64,000 nucleotides of DNA from Eledone cirrhosa (Eukaryota). The notes under the pieces are model-generated. The model had not been told where the DNA came from, did not search any database, and worked only from the letters and a program-made list of their open reading frames with translations. The stretch is from contig OZ024743.1 of assembly GCA_964016885.1 (NCBI GenBank), positions 161,882,001-161,946,000 on the forward strand, written 5' to 3'. Below, piece after piece: positions 14,440-26,261 of this stretch (its first letter is position 1; each line of letters opens with the position of its first letter). The translations under genes were made by a program, and so were the position numbers.

Positions 14440-15440
14440 TAGTTTCAGATGTTAAAGTCCTTTAATGATAATGCTGTGATACATATTTCAATGACGACAG
14501 TGGCCACACGGTTCGGTGAGCCCAGTGCTGTGACATCATCAGACAGCTTCTTACATAATAAGGTTATGTTTCCGAGGCAATCCAAATTGAATCGACATGG
14601 GAACGGACAAAGCGTGTGCTCTTGAATTCTTCGCCCATTCCCCTGTGAGTCCCAATTCACCCCCACCGGTCTGTGCAGTCGCAAGTCCGAAGGAAGTTGA
14701 CCATTAACTACCCCAAAGTTCTACGAAATTCGCCTAGGCAGAGTTGTAAGTTTCAGGAGTCATGGTATATAGATTTTTGGTTTTGTCAGACATGTAAGAG
14801 GCGGCTATCCTTAAATTTTTTTATAGTTGTTGCTAATTTTGTGAGGAAATTATTCTTGTGTCTATAATGCTTTTTGAATTTAATGCTCCTGATGAAGTTA
14901 AATAGATCTTTCTCAAAAGGGTCCAGCAGGATGTTGTGTGGAGGGTTCTTGCAGGTGGTAAATCCATATCTCTTTGCTGTACTTCCGGCGTCAGCAGCAC
15001 CCTCATGGTCGAAGTGGAAGGCCTTCTATCGTATTCTTCGGATGAAAGAGTTGACACTCTGTATTAGGAGTTTGAGGTAGGTCTTCCTGTCCGGGATAGG
15101 AATGGACTTAAGTGATATCCTGAGTTCCTCAACATGGTTACTTCTAACAGTTAATAGTTCAACTACGGGAGCTCAAGTATACACAGTTCAAGAGTAACCA
15201 ATCTTAAAGAGAGATATGGAGATAGGAGAGGAGAAGAGAGATTGGTGAATTAGTTAGAAGCCAAAGCGTAAAGGCATGTGCTCAATGTGCAATATGCAGT
15301 AGAAAGCAGCTAGGTGGCTGGGTTCATGCAGATGTTAGATGCACAGAGCTGGAAATATTCATTAGTTAAGCAAAACAAGACCACAAATTTCACAAGGAAG
15401 ACATTATTTAAAGATTGTCAACATATTTTAATTTAATGTA
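14440..15440 (-). mobile_element. Internally deleted Penelope-like element (ORF N-terminus joined to the pLTR)
   Basis: Minus strand reads SLKSIPIPDRKTYLKLLIQSVNSFIRRIR*KAFHF...YGFTTCKNPP...LDPFEKDL...DKTKNLY, resembling the PLE ORF N-terminus; hammerhead downstream; inverted copy of 15178-15277 at 16683-16780. Confidence 0.75.
14473..14547 (-). ncRNA. Type-I hammerhead ribozyme with long, imperfect stem II
   Basis: GCTGT-CTGATGA-(TGTCACAG...CTGTCGTCATT)-GAAA-TATGTA-TC-ACAGC; perfect 5-bp stem I, AUC site. Confidence 0.7.
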
Positions 15441-15445
15441 AGGAA

Positions 15446-16476
15446 TCATCATCATCATCATCATCATCATCATTTTACGTCCGCTTTTCCCTGCTTGCAA
15501 GGGTGGGACGGGTCTTATTCAGCACAGCATCTCTCCACTCGTCACAGTCCTTCGTCATCTCCACCGTGAGCTTCAATGATCTGAGGTCTGTTCTCACCAC
15601 CTCCGCCCATGTTTTTCGTGGTCTACCTCTACCACGTCTTCCTTCAACTGGCATTTCCTGGCACTTCTTCACCCATCGGTCATCCTCCATGCGCATCACA
15701 TGTCCATACCACCTCAGTCTCCTCTCCCGTACACTACATTCTATCCCTCTCAGACACAGTTTCTCTCTCAACACATTTATGCTGGATCGTTCACGCACAT
15801 TTACACTGCACATCCAACGGAGCATGCTTGCCTCATTTCTCTCCAGCCATCGCATATCCTCTGCGGTTGCTGCCCATGTCTCACTACCATGCAGCATCGC
15901 ACTCCTCACACAGGCATCATACAACCGGCCTTTCGTACGCAGGGAGAAACCCTTCTTCGTCAACAGAGGAAGCAGCTCCCTAAACTTCTTCCAACCCGTC
16001 CTTATTCTAGATACTATGGCCTCGGAACACCCTCCTCCCATGCTAATCTGATCTCCTAGGTACCGGAAGCTATCCACCACTTCTATAGCGCCCTCTCGCA
16101 TTTGAAAAATGTGTCTATCAGTGCGACTTCTACTGTCTAATTTCCCTGTACATTACTGCATACATATTTCTCCCTACCTGTTAGTTTGCCTGCTATCCTG
16201 CTATCCCGCATTGTGTGCATTTTATAGAATTTATGCCAGTTCCTTTTCAGCATATCGAACATGGCCATTTCCCTGACGGAATCAGGGTTTTGTCCTCTTT
16301 TCTACTCATCAACACTTTTGTCTTAGCTAGATTTACTCTCAGTCCTCTTGCTTCCAACTGCTGTTTCCATAGCCGGAATTTATTCTCTAGCTCCTCTATT
16401 GATTCTGCTATAAGAGCCAGATCGTCAGCATAGAGAAGTTCCCATGGACAGCCAGTCTTAAACTCCTCTGTTATGG
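15446..16476 (-). mobile_element. RTE LINE family B, 5'-truncated
   Basis: ORF 15475-16101 (RT C-terminus), LYADDLAL at ~16420, (GAT)n tail; possible TSD AATGTAA(G/A)GAAT at 15435 and 16481. Confidence 0.92.
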
Positions 16477-16926
16477 TAAGAATGTAAAGAATAATAATAA
16501 TAATAATAATAATAATGTCCGTTTACAATTGTTTCGCTACTCCATATAATGTTTCTGGATCAAATGATTATAGATCATTATTGATCTGGTTCAGTTGAAG
16601 ATAATTAACTTAGGTAAAATTGGAGCAGTTCATCGGAACTTCAAAAGGAATATAAATTAAGGTAAAAAAAAATTACCTTAATTGCCGTTACGCCTTGGCT
16701 TCTAACTAATTCACCAATCTCTCTTCTCCTCTCCTATCTCCATCTCTCTCTTTAAGATTGGCTACTCTTGAACTGTATATAGATATATACATATATATAT
16801 GGATGTATATATAATGTATTTTGCAATACACTTTATGCTTAATTAAAAGCATTTTGAAGACCGTAAGCTATTGTTTTAAAGTAGTGACAAATTCACTCAC
16901 TTTGATCTCAGCAAACAGGGGAGATA

Positions 16927-16970
16927 AGCCGACAAGTCTTGTTTCGCTTTGGTTGAAGCTTATCAAGGCC
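16927..16970 (-). ncRNA. Hammerhead ribozyme, U3-A8 variant (copy)
   Basis: Reverse complement of 17267-17310. Confidence 0.75.
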
Positions 16971-17266
16971 AACTACCCCACCTGTTTACTGAGATCATTG
17001 ATGTTATATTCTTATAGAAATCTAGTAAATAATCAGGAGCTGATTATGCAGAGCGGTTGTTGGTCAGGCAGAAATTAAAAATTAGAATTGGAGCTCTGAA
17101 ATAGCAATATATATATGGATGTATATATAATGTATTTTGCAATACACTTTATGCTTAATTAAAAGCATTTTGACCAACAACCGCTCTGCATAATCAGCTC
17201 CTGATTATTTACTAGATTTCTATAAGAATATAACATCAATGATCTCAGTAAACAGGTGGGGTAGTT

Positions 17267-17310
17267 GGCCTTGATAAGCTTCAACCAAAGCGAAACAAGA
17301 CTTGTCGGCT
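17267..17310 (+). ncRNA. Type-I hammerhead ribozyme, U3-A8 core variant
   Basis: GGCC-TTGATAA-GCTT caacca AAGC-GAAA-CAAG a CTTG-TC-GGCT; GUC site. Confidence 0.75.
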
Positions 17311-17491
17311 TATCTCCCCTGTTTGCTGAGATCAAAGTGAGTGAATTTGTCACTACTTTAAAACAATAGCTTACGGTCTTCAAAATACTTTTAATTAAGC
17401 ATAAAGTGTATTGCAAAATACATTATATATACATCCATATATATATTGCTATTTCAGCGCTCCAATTCATATATATATATATACATATATA

Positions 17492-20400
17492 TGGGCTGGG
17501 TGGAGTAGGAATCATGGTAGCAGAAAAGTGGGCAGATAAGATAATAGACGTAAATAGAGTGAATGACAGAATAATTAAAATAAGACTTGTCCTCAATAGA
17601 ACTATGGTGACAGTAATATCTGCGTACGCACCCCAATCCGGACTGCCCGGCACTATAAAAGACAGATTCTATGAGACACTGATGCTCACTACCTCCCAAA
17701 TAACCGACAGTGACTATATAATTATTGCAGGTGACCTAAATGGTCACGTTGGACAACATTGTGACGGCTACGACGAAATCGATGGAGGCTATGGGTTTGG
17801 TACTAGAAATGAGGAAGGCTCCAGAATCCTGGAATTCTGTGACGCAAATAACCTAAATATCTGTAACACTAACTTCAAAAAACGTGACAATCACCTGATC
17901 ACCTATAGATCGGAGGAACACACAAGCCAGGTAGATTATATCCTTACCAGAAGACGTGACAGAGTGTCTGTTGTAAACACTAAATCCCTCCCCCATGAAG
18001 AATGCACCTCCCAACATAGACTGATAATTAGCGACCTAATAGTCAGGATGAGACGTACTAGACAACAGAAGAGGACTATCCTCAGGAGAAAAATATGGAA
18101 GCTAAAGGACCCCACAGCCAGAAATAAATTCAAAAGTATACTACTTGATGCTTTCGACAGTAAGGAAGAGCAATTAGAGTCGTACAATATAGAGGAGCAG
18201 TGGGAATTCCTGAAAGCAAACCTGCTGATGGCGGCAGATGAAGTCTGTGGCTGGAGCAGGCCTGTAGGCGGGAGGAGAGTAACATGGTGGTGAAACAGTA
18301 AGGTGGAGGGGTCAATTAAGGCCAAAAAGCAGGCTTGGAAAGTATGGCGGGATGGGGGAAGCAGAGAAGACTATCAAGTGGCCAGGAGGGAAGCTAGGAG
18401 ACAAGTGTACTTCGCAAGAAGGGAAGCAGAGGAAAGAAAGTTCAAGCATGTTCTACAACGCGAGGACCAAAAACGTGAGGTGTTCAGGATTGCTAGGCAA
18501 TGTGTCAAGGAAAACCGTGATATTGTCAGGGAGAAGTGTGTACTTAATGATGACGGCGTACTTGCCATCACCGATGCTGATAAGAAGGTAGCTTGGAAGT
18601 GTCACTATGAAAGGCTACTAAATGAGAAGAATAAATGGGAGAAAGACAGTCTCCCCCACATCGACCCAATAGAGGGACCAGCAGTGTTAGTCGAGAGTAG
18701 TATAATAAGTAAGGCAATCAAAGATATGAAGACGGGTAAGGCGGCTGGGCCTTCGGGAATAGTTGCCGAGATGCTGACGGCATCTGGTACGGTGGGACAC
18801 ACCATGGTCACCCGGATAGTTAACCAAGTCGTACAGAATGGGGTTGTTCCGAAGGACTGGCGTAGCAGCATCATCGTTAACTGTTATAAGGGTAAAGGAG
18901 ATGCCCTAGATAGGAGTAACTATAGAGGCATTAAATTAATCGACCAGGTCATGAAGGTCACGGAAAAAGTAATAGCGCAACTAATCAGAGAGCGAATTGA
19001 TCTAGATGAAATGCAGTTCAGGTTTGTGTCAGGCAAAAGTACCACAGACGCTCTTTTCATTGTACGACAACTACAGGAGAAGTACCTAGCTAAAAGTAAA
19101 CCCCTATACTTAGCTTTTGTCGACTTGGAGAAAGCCTTCGACAGAGTCCCCCGTTCCATTATCTGGTGGGCTCTTAGAAAACTAGGTGTTGACGAATGGC
19201 TTGTGAGAGCTATACAAGCCATGTATAAAGAAACAGTCAGCAAGGTTAGAATTAACAACGAATATAGTGAAGAGTTTAGCATAAAAGTTGGCGTCCATCA
19301 GGGCTCTGTTCTCAGCCCCCTACTATTTATTATTGCCCTTCAGGCTATAACAGAGGAGTTCAAGACCGGTTGCCCATGGGAACTCTTATACGCAGATGAC
19401 CTAACACTCATAGCTGAATCAATGGCCGAGCTAGAGAAGAAATTCCAAACATGGAAGCATGGCCTAGAATCAAAAGGCCTTAAAATTAACCTGGCTAAGA
19501 CTAAAGTTCTAGTTTGTAAGAAAGAAAATAAGGCGGCGGTCCCTTCCGGGAAGTGGCCATGCTCAGTGTGTAGGAAAGGCGTAGATAGAAACTCCATTTT
19601 GTGTCCCAAATGCAAAGTATGGGTGCATAAAAGATGTAGTGGGATCACAGGTAAGCTAACTAAGAACATAGATTTTACATGTGGCCGGTGCTCTGGTGCA
19701 ATAAGTAGCAGCAAGTGCCCACGAAATACTAGCTCTTTCAACTGCGCAGATGGTTCTATAGAAATAGTGGACAGCTTCCGTTACCTGGGTGACAAAATCA
19801 GCAGTGGGGGAGGGTGCTCTGAAAGTACAGTAGCTAGAGTCAGAACTGGATGGAAAAAGTTCAGAGAGCTTATTCCACTATTAGCCGCTAAAGGGTTCTC
19901 CCTAAAAATGAAAGGCAGGTTGTACGATGCCTGCATACGAACAGCAATGTTGCATGGCAGTGAGACCTGGGCATTGTGTGCAGAGGATATACGCAGACTA
20001 GAGAGAAACGAAGCTTGCATGCTCCGCTGGATGTGTAATAGTAATATATGTGAATGGCAAAGCATAAACGAACTAAGGAAAAAATTAGAAATAAGAGGAA
20101 TCAGATGTTGTTTACTTGAGAGAAGGCTACGTTGGTATGGTCACGTGATGCGCATGAAGGACGATAGCTGTATAACAAAGTGCAGGGCAATAAAGATAGA
20201 CGGTAGCCACGGAATAGGCAGACCCAGAAAAACCTGGGACGAGCTGATAAATTCCGACCTCACACACTTACACCTCACCAAGCCAATGTCACTGGACCGA
20301 GACCTTTGGCGGTACTCAGTAATAGAGAAGACCCGCCTTACCTAAATACAAAGTAAAACCTACTACAGACAGTAGGCATCTCTAACAAAATACACCCCCG

Positions 20401-20730
20401 TCCCACCACCCCCACCCCATCCACACCGCCCCTTTCAATGTAAAGTTATGTTGGTGCCACAACATCCAGGCCGAAACAAATGAGATTGTGTAGGTGTCAC
20501 GTCAAAAAACACACAGTTCACGCTGTAATGTGGCCGTGTAGGCAACACGGTAAAAACCTCCCAGCCCCACACTGTAAATGTGGTTGGTGTTAGGAAGGGC
20601 ATCCAGCTGTAGAAAACAGGTAGTCCTATGTGAGCAAGATAATCACTCTTGCCTCAAGTGGGAAAACCCCCGTCCAAACCCATGCAAGCGTGGAACACGG
20701 ACGTTAAACGTTGATGATGATGATGATGAT
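17492..20730 (+). mobile_element. RTE LINE family A, near-complete ORF (APE endonuclease + RT + PHD-like finger), slightly 5'-truncated
   Basis: GGVGIMV, GDLNGHVG, SQVDYIL, SQHRL (APE); FVDLEKAFD, QGSVLSP, YADD (RT); single in-frame TGA at 18291 where the other copy has TGG; (GAT)n tail; (TA)n on both sides. Confidence 0.97.
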
Positions 20731-20744
20731 ATATATATATATGT

Positions 20745-22425
20745 TTGTTTTGCAAGGTTTTTGATATGAAATCGTGTGTCAAAACAAATATTGTTATACT
20801 TGGGGAGGGTCATATTGTAATATTGCCAGAAATAATAACAGAACACAGTCACTGTTTGGTTGGTTTTCACTTCTGTATCTTTTATATAACCATAGTTAAT
20901 TTATTTGGCAATCAATGTTTATCATTGATTGACCAGTGGTTAAAAATACAGATATAAATCTATATATTTATAGTCAATCAAAGTTCTTTCGTTGCACATC
21001 TGCAACATCATCAGTGGTACTATTATGTTCCCTCCTATTGTATTGTAATGTCTACGCCATTTCTATTTTATTTATTTATTTATTTATTCTTGTCCCTATC
21101 TTTGCACATGCATTTGCGTGTGTGTATAATGTTTGGTGTGTGTGTTCGCGTTTGAGTGTATGTGTTTTTGTTTTTGTATTCTATCTTTGTTTAATAGTGT
21201 GTGTTTATATGTGTTTGTTATTATTGTGCTTGTGTATATATTTATTGATTTATTTATTTATATTTCCCTTAAGTCAGTATTGTTGTTTGGGTATGGTTGT
21301 TGTTGTTATTCCATTCATTTTTTCTGTTTAACTTTGGTCTTCTTCGGTCTATCTCCTTTGCTTCTCTGATTTACCTACCTGTTGAGTCATTTCTATGTTT
21401 AGATACTATTTTAATTTCTATGTTGTCTATATTATCGTCATGTCTTTGTCTGACGTGTTCGTATAGTACTGAACCGGTTTTTTGTCCTTTTAGTTCCCCC
21501 CTGTATTGGTCTATTCTTTCTGCTATTCTTTGAGCAGTCTCACCTATGTATGTCGGTGTCATGTTTCTGCAAGTACCCTCTGTACATCTTATGCTATAGA
21601 CTACATTTCTAGTTTTACAGTTTATCTGGGGGGTTCATTTTACATATAACACATATCTTAGTACAGTGGGTTTTCTTAAAGGGGTATGTTTTGCTAATCA
21701 GAGATTTTATGGTAGTTCCTGGCTTTTCTACCACTTTAATCTTTAAATGGGTCTTTCTTAGGACCTTTCTACATTGGTTAGCTAATTTCCCTCCAGGGGT
21801 AGCATCCACGAACATGACACTCTTGTATCTCTGGTTGTTGTACCATGAAGTGGCTTTCCCTATCTTATGTTTAGTTCTAGCTAAGCTATTCCATGATTTG
21901 CTCTTGTATAATGAGCAAATTCCTTTCATGTCCATTTCTGTGAGGGTCTTATACTTCTCCGTGACTCTTTGTATACTCTGATTCTGTCTCTTTGGTTGTA
22001 GCCAGAGAACTGCAGTTGATGAAGTGTTGGATGTGTCTTTCCATTTCAGTTGGGTCGCACATGCGGGACACATTCTTCATCACTCTTACCAAGTCTGCGA
22101 TCAGAATATTAAACTTAACACTATTGGACATTGCTGAATTTTTGAGTATCAGGTATTTGGAGGCCATGGGTTTAGCATAGTGTGAGTGGAGAATTTGGGC
22201 CCTCTCGTCTATAGTGTAAATGCAGAGTTCCGTGTCTAATACTAGTAGTCTATTGTTAGGGTATTTGGAAAGGTAGTCAACAGTTACAGTTATACTCTGG
22301 TGTATGGAGTTAGCTATCTGCTGGATGCTCTCCATTGTGCTATTTTCTAAATCATGTTTATTAGTACTATCTTGTGGAGGTGTTCTTATTACTATATTAA
22401 TATCGTCTACATAACGAGAGTACAT
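20745..22425 (-). mobile_element. Penelope-like element, 5'-truncated and degraded (RT C-terminus + GIY-YIG endonuclease + pLTR)
   Basis: YSRYVDDI (RT), VMFVDATPGGKL, C-x-x-C, RNVVYSIRC...PTYIGET...R...H...IREAKEI...LNRKNEW (GIY-YIG). Confidence 0.92.
20971..21022 (-). ncRNA. Hammerhead ribozyme motif in the PLE 3' pLTR
   Basis: TAGTACCA-CTGATGA-T-GTTGCA gatg TGCAAC-GAAA-GAAC-TT-TGATTGACTA; stem I imperfect. Confidence 0.7.
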
Positions 22426-22732
22426 GTACATACACACCTACCCCAAAATGTTATATATATATATATTTATTAAAATATATATATTTATTAAATATATATA
22501 TATATATATAACATTTTGGGGTATATATATATTTATTAAAATAACAGATTAAAGTTTAAGCAAAGAATCGCTGCTTTCACCCTTAACGGGTGTATCTTCC
22601 CGTTAAGGGTGAAAGCAGCGATTCTTTGCTTAAACTTTTATCTGTTATTTTAATAAATATTTGCTCTACGGTTCTTATATATTTGATATATATTTATCCT
22701 TATTGAGCCCCCTAGGGGTGTATGTATATGTA
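22421..22732. repeat. Nested hairpins (22438-22523; 22527-22660; outer 22421-22440 / 22712-22732)
   Basis: ...AAAGTTTAAGCAAAGAATCGCTGCTTTCACCCTTAACGG followed ~10 nt later by its reverse complement. Confidence 0.85.
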
Positions 22733-23780
22733 TTAAAACTATGTTCTGTCAATAACAATAACAATATTCAGTGCATCAGAAGTCTTATAATAGGAGAAAA
22801 GTTAACAAAAGTATTTAAGATGGTCTTGAAAAAGAAAATAATATCCTATATTGAAGTGGTTGTAAAACTTCCTGCTGGACACTTAATCACAAAGAAACAA
22901 CAACACTTCTGTGACATGTCATCAGTTAGGGTGAGTAGTCTTACAAGTGGCCTCCTCACACAGTGTGTGTGTGTTTGTTTAGTATTTCCGCTTGTAGCCA
23001 AGCTGGAGCATTTTAATCTTTATTATCACTTCAAAAACAGTGAAGTAGGTTTTTAAATAGACTACTTGTTCTACAGAGATAAAATTCTTGTTTTACATCT
23101 ATCTTTATCATCATGGTTTTTATATCTGCTTTCTGAGCTGACATTAGTTGGACAGGACATTCTGAGATAGGGTTTTATGGCTGTATGCCCTTCCTGATAC
23201 CAACCCTTTTAGTATCTTCTATCTACTGAAGAGAAATGGGGAACCTATTCTGAAAACCATACATACAGTAATATTGTCATTGTAGTTATTGTTATTGATT
23301 AATGTTGCTGTTGTTGTTTAGCTCTAGGTCAACCTTAATTGAGTAGATTTATTATCAGACATTCAAGCCATCATTTTCCCATCTTCTCAGAAGTATATAG
23401 AACTACATTATCCAAATATTCTTATTTGGTACGGTGTAATGTTAAGAAAGTTTGGCTATTATTTCTAGCAGTTCAAGTGATCATGCAAGGTTCTCTTATA
23501 GGCTTGTTATTGTTGGTCTCGTTGATGCTGCTGTTTATGATGATAATGGTAATGATGTAAAACAATACCAACATCAACTACAACAACAACAGTATCATAC
23601 AACCAGCACTGGCACTACACCAATACAATAGATATCATCAACCAAACGAGGGAGCCTCAATGGGGTCAGTTGATTTGCTGGAAATAGTAGCTAAATCTCC
23701 CTCAAATCACAGGCAATGCAGTCTTAAAAAGGTAAGTCATATATAATAATGTAGCTCTAGATACTCTATACCTAAAAATA

Positions 23781-24127
23781 CTCTCAGGTCCCAAATGATA
23801 AAGAGGTTTGGAATAAATGGGTTGGAGGGAATCAGTATATTTTCTAGGTTGTCTCCATTGATTAAAAAAAAAAAAAAATTAGTCATTTAGTTTACATATT
23901 GAGACCCCCAACACATTCTATTTATTTTATAATGTATGAGATACCTTGTAATGTTCTTTTTTGTCATGTCTAATGATTTTTAATGTCTAAAGAAAATTAA
24001 TTGTCGCAGGAATGCTACCACTTAAAATAAAATTTTGTTAAAGAAAGATTAGCAAAATTTAATAAGTAGTGTTGGAATAAGAGTAGGGGGATTTGGAAAA
24101 AATCTGAAAAGTTAATAAGCAAGGTGT

Positions 24128-24158
<31 letters not shown>

Positions 24159-24181
24159 GGCGATTATTTGAGACCCGAGAG
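23781..24181. mobile_element. MITE with TA flanks (Tc1/mariner-type)
   Basis: TIRs CTCTCAGGTCCCAAATGAT / CTCTCGGGTCTCAAATAAT (3 of 19 mismatched), TA on both sides. Confidence 0.6.
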
Positions 24182-25571
24182 TAAGACAAAATTGTCGCAG
24201 CTAGAAACATCACAAATCTACTCAATCAGAGCTGACCTGGGGTTAAAATAACAATAATCACAGATCACAAAACATTTTTTAAAGTGTTTATATTTATTTT
24301 ATATTTACTTCCATCATAATTTTAAATAGGATCATTTTTTAAGTCATGCTCCCAAAACCAGCATAATAGTGAGAAAGTTAGCTATATAACCAAATCCCTC
24401 CAAATTCTAGATTATTTTCAAAATTATAGACAACATCTTTCATTAGCAATATGGTAATGAAAAGGTTAAATTATCCTCTGTTTCTTATATCATTAATGCC
24501 TTAGGGCATCAATGATATAACAGAAATATGATAAAAAAGAGTTCCTATTTTTCCCATCCTGTTTTTTTTTGTGATATGTTGGACTACATTATCTAACATT
24601 TTCTTTCCTTATTTAAGATGGTAGGGTTGTTGTTTAGCTCTAGGTTAGCCATCATGGAGTAGACCTATAAATAAAGAATGACAATCATGTCAAGGACATG
24701 ACAGCCTCCCTAGTGTTGGTCATCTACATGATAAACACACCCAGTACATACTGTAAAATGATTGGTCATAGAAATCTTGCCAAACAAAAGGGCCAGGAGG
24801 ACCATCAGTTGTGTCAAAGACATGACAACCTCTCCTGTGCACTTGGTGTAGCGTTGACTGTACATAAAGCGAGACCCAGATCCCTGGCCTGCCTGGGAAA
24901 TCAGTGACTCTACTTCAGTACTGACTTGGTCTATGTAGCAGGGAAAGCAGATGTTAAAACGGCAATGATGATGATAATTTCCTGTTCTTTATTTAGATAT
25001 ATTGTATCTAGAACTACATAATATAATGTGTCTTTTTAAAATAAAACTAGAGTGTGATTTGAAGGAGAGTTCACTACTATCTATTGCAGTTAGACATACT
25101 GATCCATTATGTAGAAATGTAGCTCCATGACATGTAATGGTGTGTAGTATAGTGTGACACAGTATAGAGTAATACAGTTTAAAGAAGTGAAGTTAAGATG
25201 CATGCCTTAGTAATTAGAGTGTTTAGCTCACAATCATAAGGTCATGAGTTTAATTCCAGCAGAGTGTTGATTCTTGTACAAAAGTGAGTTGTAAATCAAA
25301 GGACTAGCTTTGTCACACACTGTGTCACACTGAATCTCCCTGAGAACTACAGCAAGGGTGTATGTGTCTGTGGTATGCTCAGCCTGGTGCATGTTAATTG
25401 TTTGAGCAAACTGCCATTGTTTAAACACTACTGAAATACTCCAACACATGAAGTGTAGTGTTAAAGAAGTGTATTACAATATATTTACCAGTGGATCCAT
25501 GCCATCAATTATGTTGGCAATAGGATTAAATATATTTCATGTTTGCAGTTCAGGATTTGTATGCTATATAT

Positions 25572-25956
25572 ATGGAGGCACATGGCTTAGTGGTTAGAGC
25601 ATTGGGCTTGCAATCGAAAGGTTGTCAGTTCAATTCTCAGACCGGGTGATGTGTTGTTTCCTTGAGCAAGACACTTTATTTCACATTGCTCCAGTTTACT
25701 CAGCTGTAGAAATGAGATGATAGGGACTGGGGTCCCTATCATTCCACTGCAAAGTGGTCGTGGAGGTGCCACAGCAAAAAAGCACCCAGCCCACACTGTA
25801 AAGTGGATATGTAGGCGCCACGAAAAAAAAAGCACCCAGCACTCACTGTAAATGAGGTTGGTGTTAGGAAGGGCATCCAGCTGTAGAAATCAAGCCAGAA
25901 TGAGTTCCCGTCCCACCCTTGCAAGCAGGGAAAAGCGGACGTAAAATGATGATGAT
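25572..25956 (+). mobile_element. tRNA-head SINE with RTE-derived 3' tail
   Basis: A box TGGCTTAGTGG, B box GTTCAATTCT, core CCTTGAGCAAGACACTT, tail matching RTE 3' ends, (GAT)n; copies at 56200-56533 (+) and 60237-60561 (-). Confidence 0.88.
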
Positions 25957-26261
25957 ATATACCAGGATTGCTGGATTATGAACAATCATACAAACTGGAA
26001 AATTTGCATTTTGATAAATTTATGGTTTGCATAAAAGAAACCTTATAGTTTATGTTGATTATTAACAGGTAGAAGGATTAAAGATAAAAATAATATTTTA
26101 ATAATTTTTTTCTAGGATGTAATTATATAAATTTCAGTATATATGTACAAATGACATACAGGATTAAATGTATAAATAATTTTGGAGAATAACTATTTAC
26201 AAGGACAACCTGGTGATTGGAAAGAGAACTTATCATTGTAGCAACATGACTGATATATGAA

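Larger units (their letters stand above)
16790..17468. mobile_element. PLE-type pLTR structure: partial tandem repeat plus inverted copy
   Basis: 16793-17064 inverted at 17173-17445; 17108-17172 repeats 16793-16857; hammerhead in both arms. Confidence 0.8.

Noticed and set aside
15503-16059. Plus-strand ORFs over RTE copies (and similar antisense ORFs at 192, 8738 and 33259)
   Set aside because: Antisense shadows of RT coding sequence
16821-17416. Duplicated 85-aa ORF pair (also 3562/4626)
   Set aside because: By-product of inverted repeats, non-ATG starts, no protein motif
25572-25650. tRNA gene
   Set aside because: A and B boxes only, no full cloverleaf; it is a SINE head (same at 56200, 60480 and 940)
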